Source: Mobula hypostoma (lineage: Eukaryota). Taken from it: a stretch of 64,000 nt of DNA. This document shows positions 63,711-64,000 of this stretch, one piece after another. Both the position numbers and the translations under genes were made by a program. Under the pieces are notes generated by a model, which made no database searches, was not told where the DNA came from, and was given only the letters and a program-made list of their open reading frames with translations. The DNA lies in contig NC_086097.1 in assembly GCF_963921235.1 (NCBI RefSeq), positions 149,918,001-149,982,000 on the forward strand, given 5' to 3'. Each line of letters starts with the position of its first letter. Within the stretch, counting starts at the first letter, position 1.

Positions 63711-64000
63711 CATTATTATTTAGATGGGGAGAAAATCCAAAAATCGGAAGTGCAAAAGGACTTGGGGGTCCTCGTGCAGGATACCCTAAAGGTTAACCAC
63801 CAGGTTGGATGGGCAGTAAGGAAAGCGAATGCTATGTTGGCATTCATTTCAAGAGGAATAGTGTATAAGAGTAAGGAGGTGTTGATGAGGCTTTATGGGG
63901 CATTAGTGAGACCTCATTTGGAATACTGTGTGCAGTTTTGGGCCCCCTATCTTGGAAGGGATGTATTGATGTTGGAGAGAGTTCAGAGAAGATTTACGAG
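63711..64000 (+). mobile_element. CR1 ORF2 3' part (runs off window)
   Basis: YYLDGEKIQKSEVQKDLGVLVQD..KANAMLAFISRG..RPHLEYCVQFW. Confidence 0.92.

Noticed and set aside
1..64000. CRISPR arrays, prokaryotic operons, rRNA or endogenous viral genes
   Set aside because: No repeat-spacer array, rRNA or viral motifs seen; all long ORFs are explained by eukaryotic transposons.

Overview
AT-rich, repeat-dense vertebrate genomic DNA. The repeat mix (CR1/HER1-type LINEs, HE1-like V-SINEs, Rex1/Babar fragments, many Penelope-like termini) suggests a cartilaginous fish, probably a ray; this is inference. The only host-gene signal is the 5' end of a minus-strand gene: a first coding exon at 1531-1623 (MALQDVALSEVRQLLVENSGFSEM..., not identified) and two candidate non-coding first exons/promoters near 16.5 kb and 18.6 kb. 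The rest is intronic/intergenic and filled with decayed mobile DNA: two Tc1 elements, a Buster/Charlie hAT derivative, several CR1s, Rex1/Babar and RTE pieces, a Gypsy-like LTR, Penelope-like elements (PLEs) with minimal hammerhead motifs, and two divergent restriction-like-endonuclease (HERO/NeSL-like) non-LTR retrotransposons. Most notable: both HERO-like elements end in the same RNA architecture with different but compensatory stem sequences, carrying hammerhead core motifs (CUGAUGA, GAAA, GUC) in a non-circularly permuted, pseudoknotted order. The core is complete at 61414-61469 and has two substitutions at 11144-11201. All calls were made by eye; boundaries without a stated TSD/TIR are approximate.
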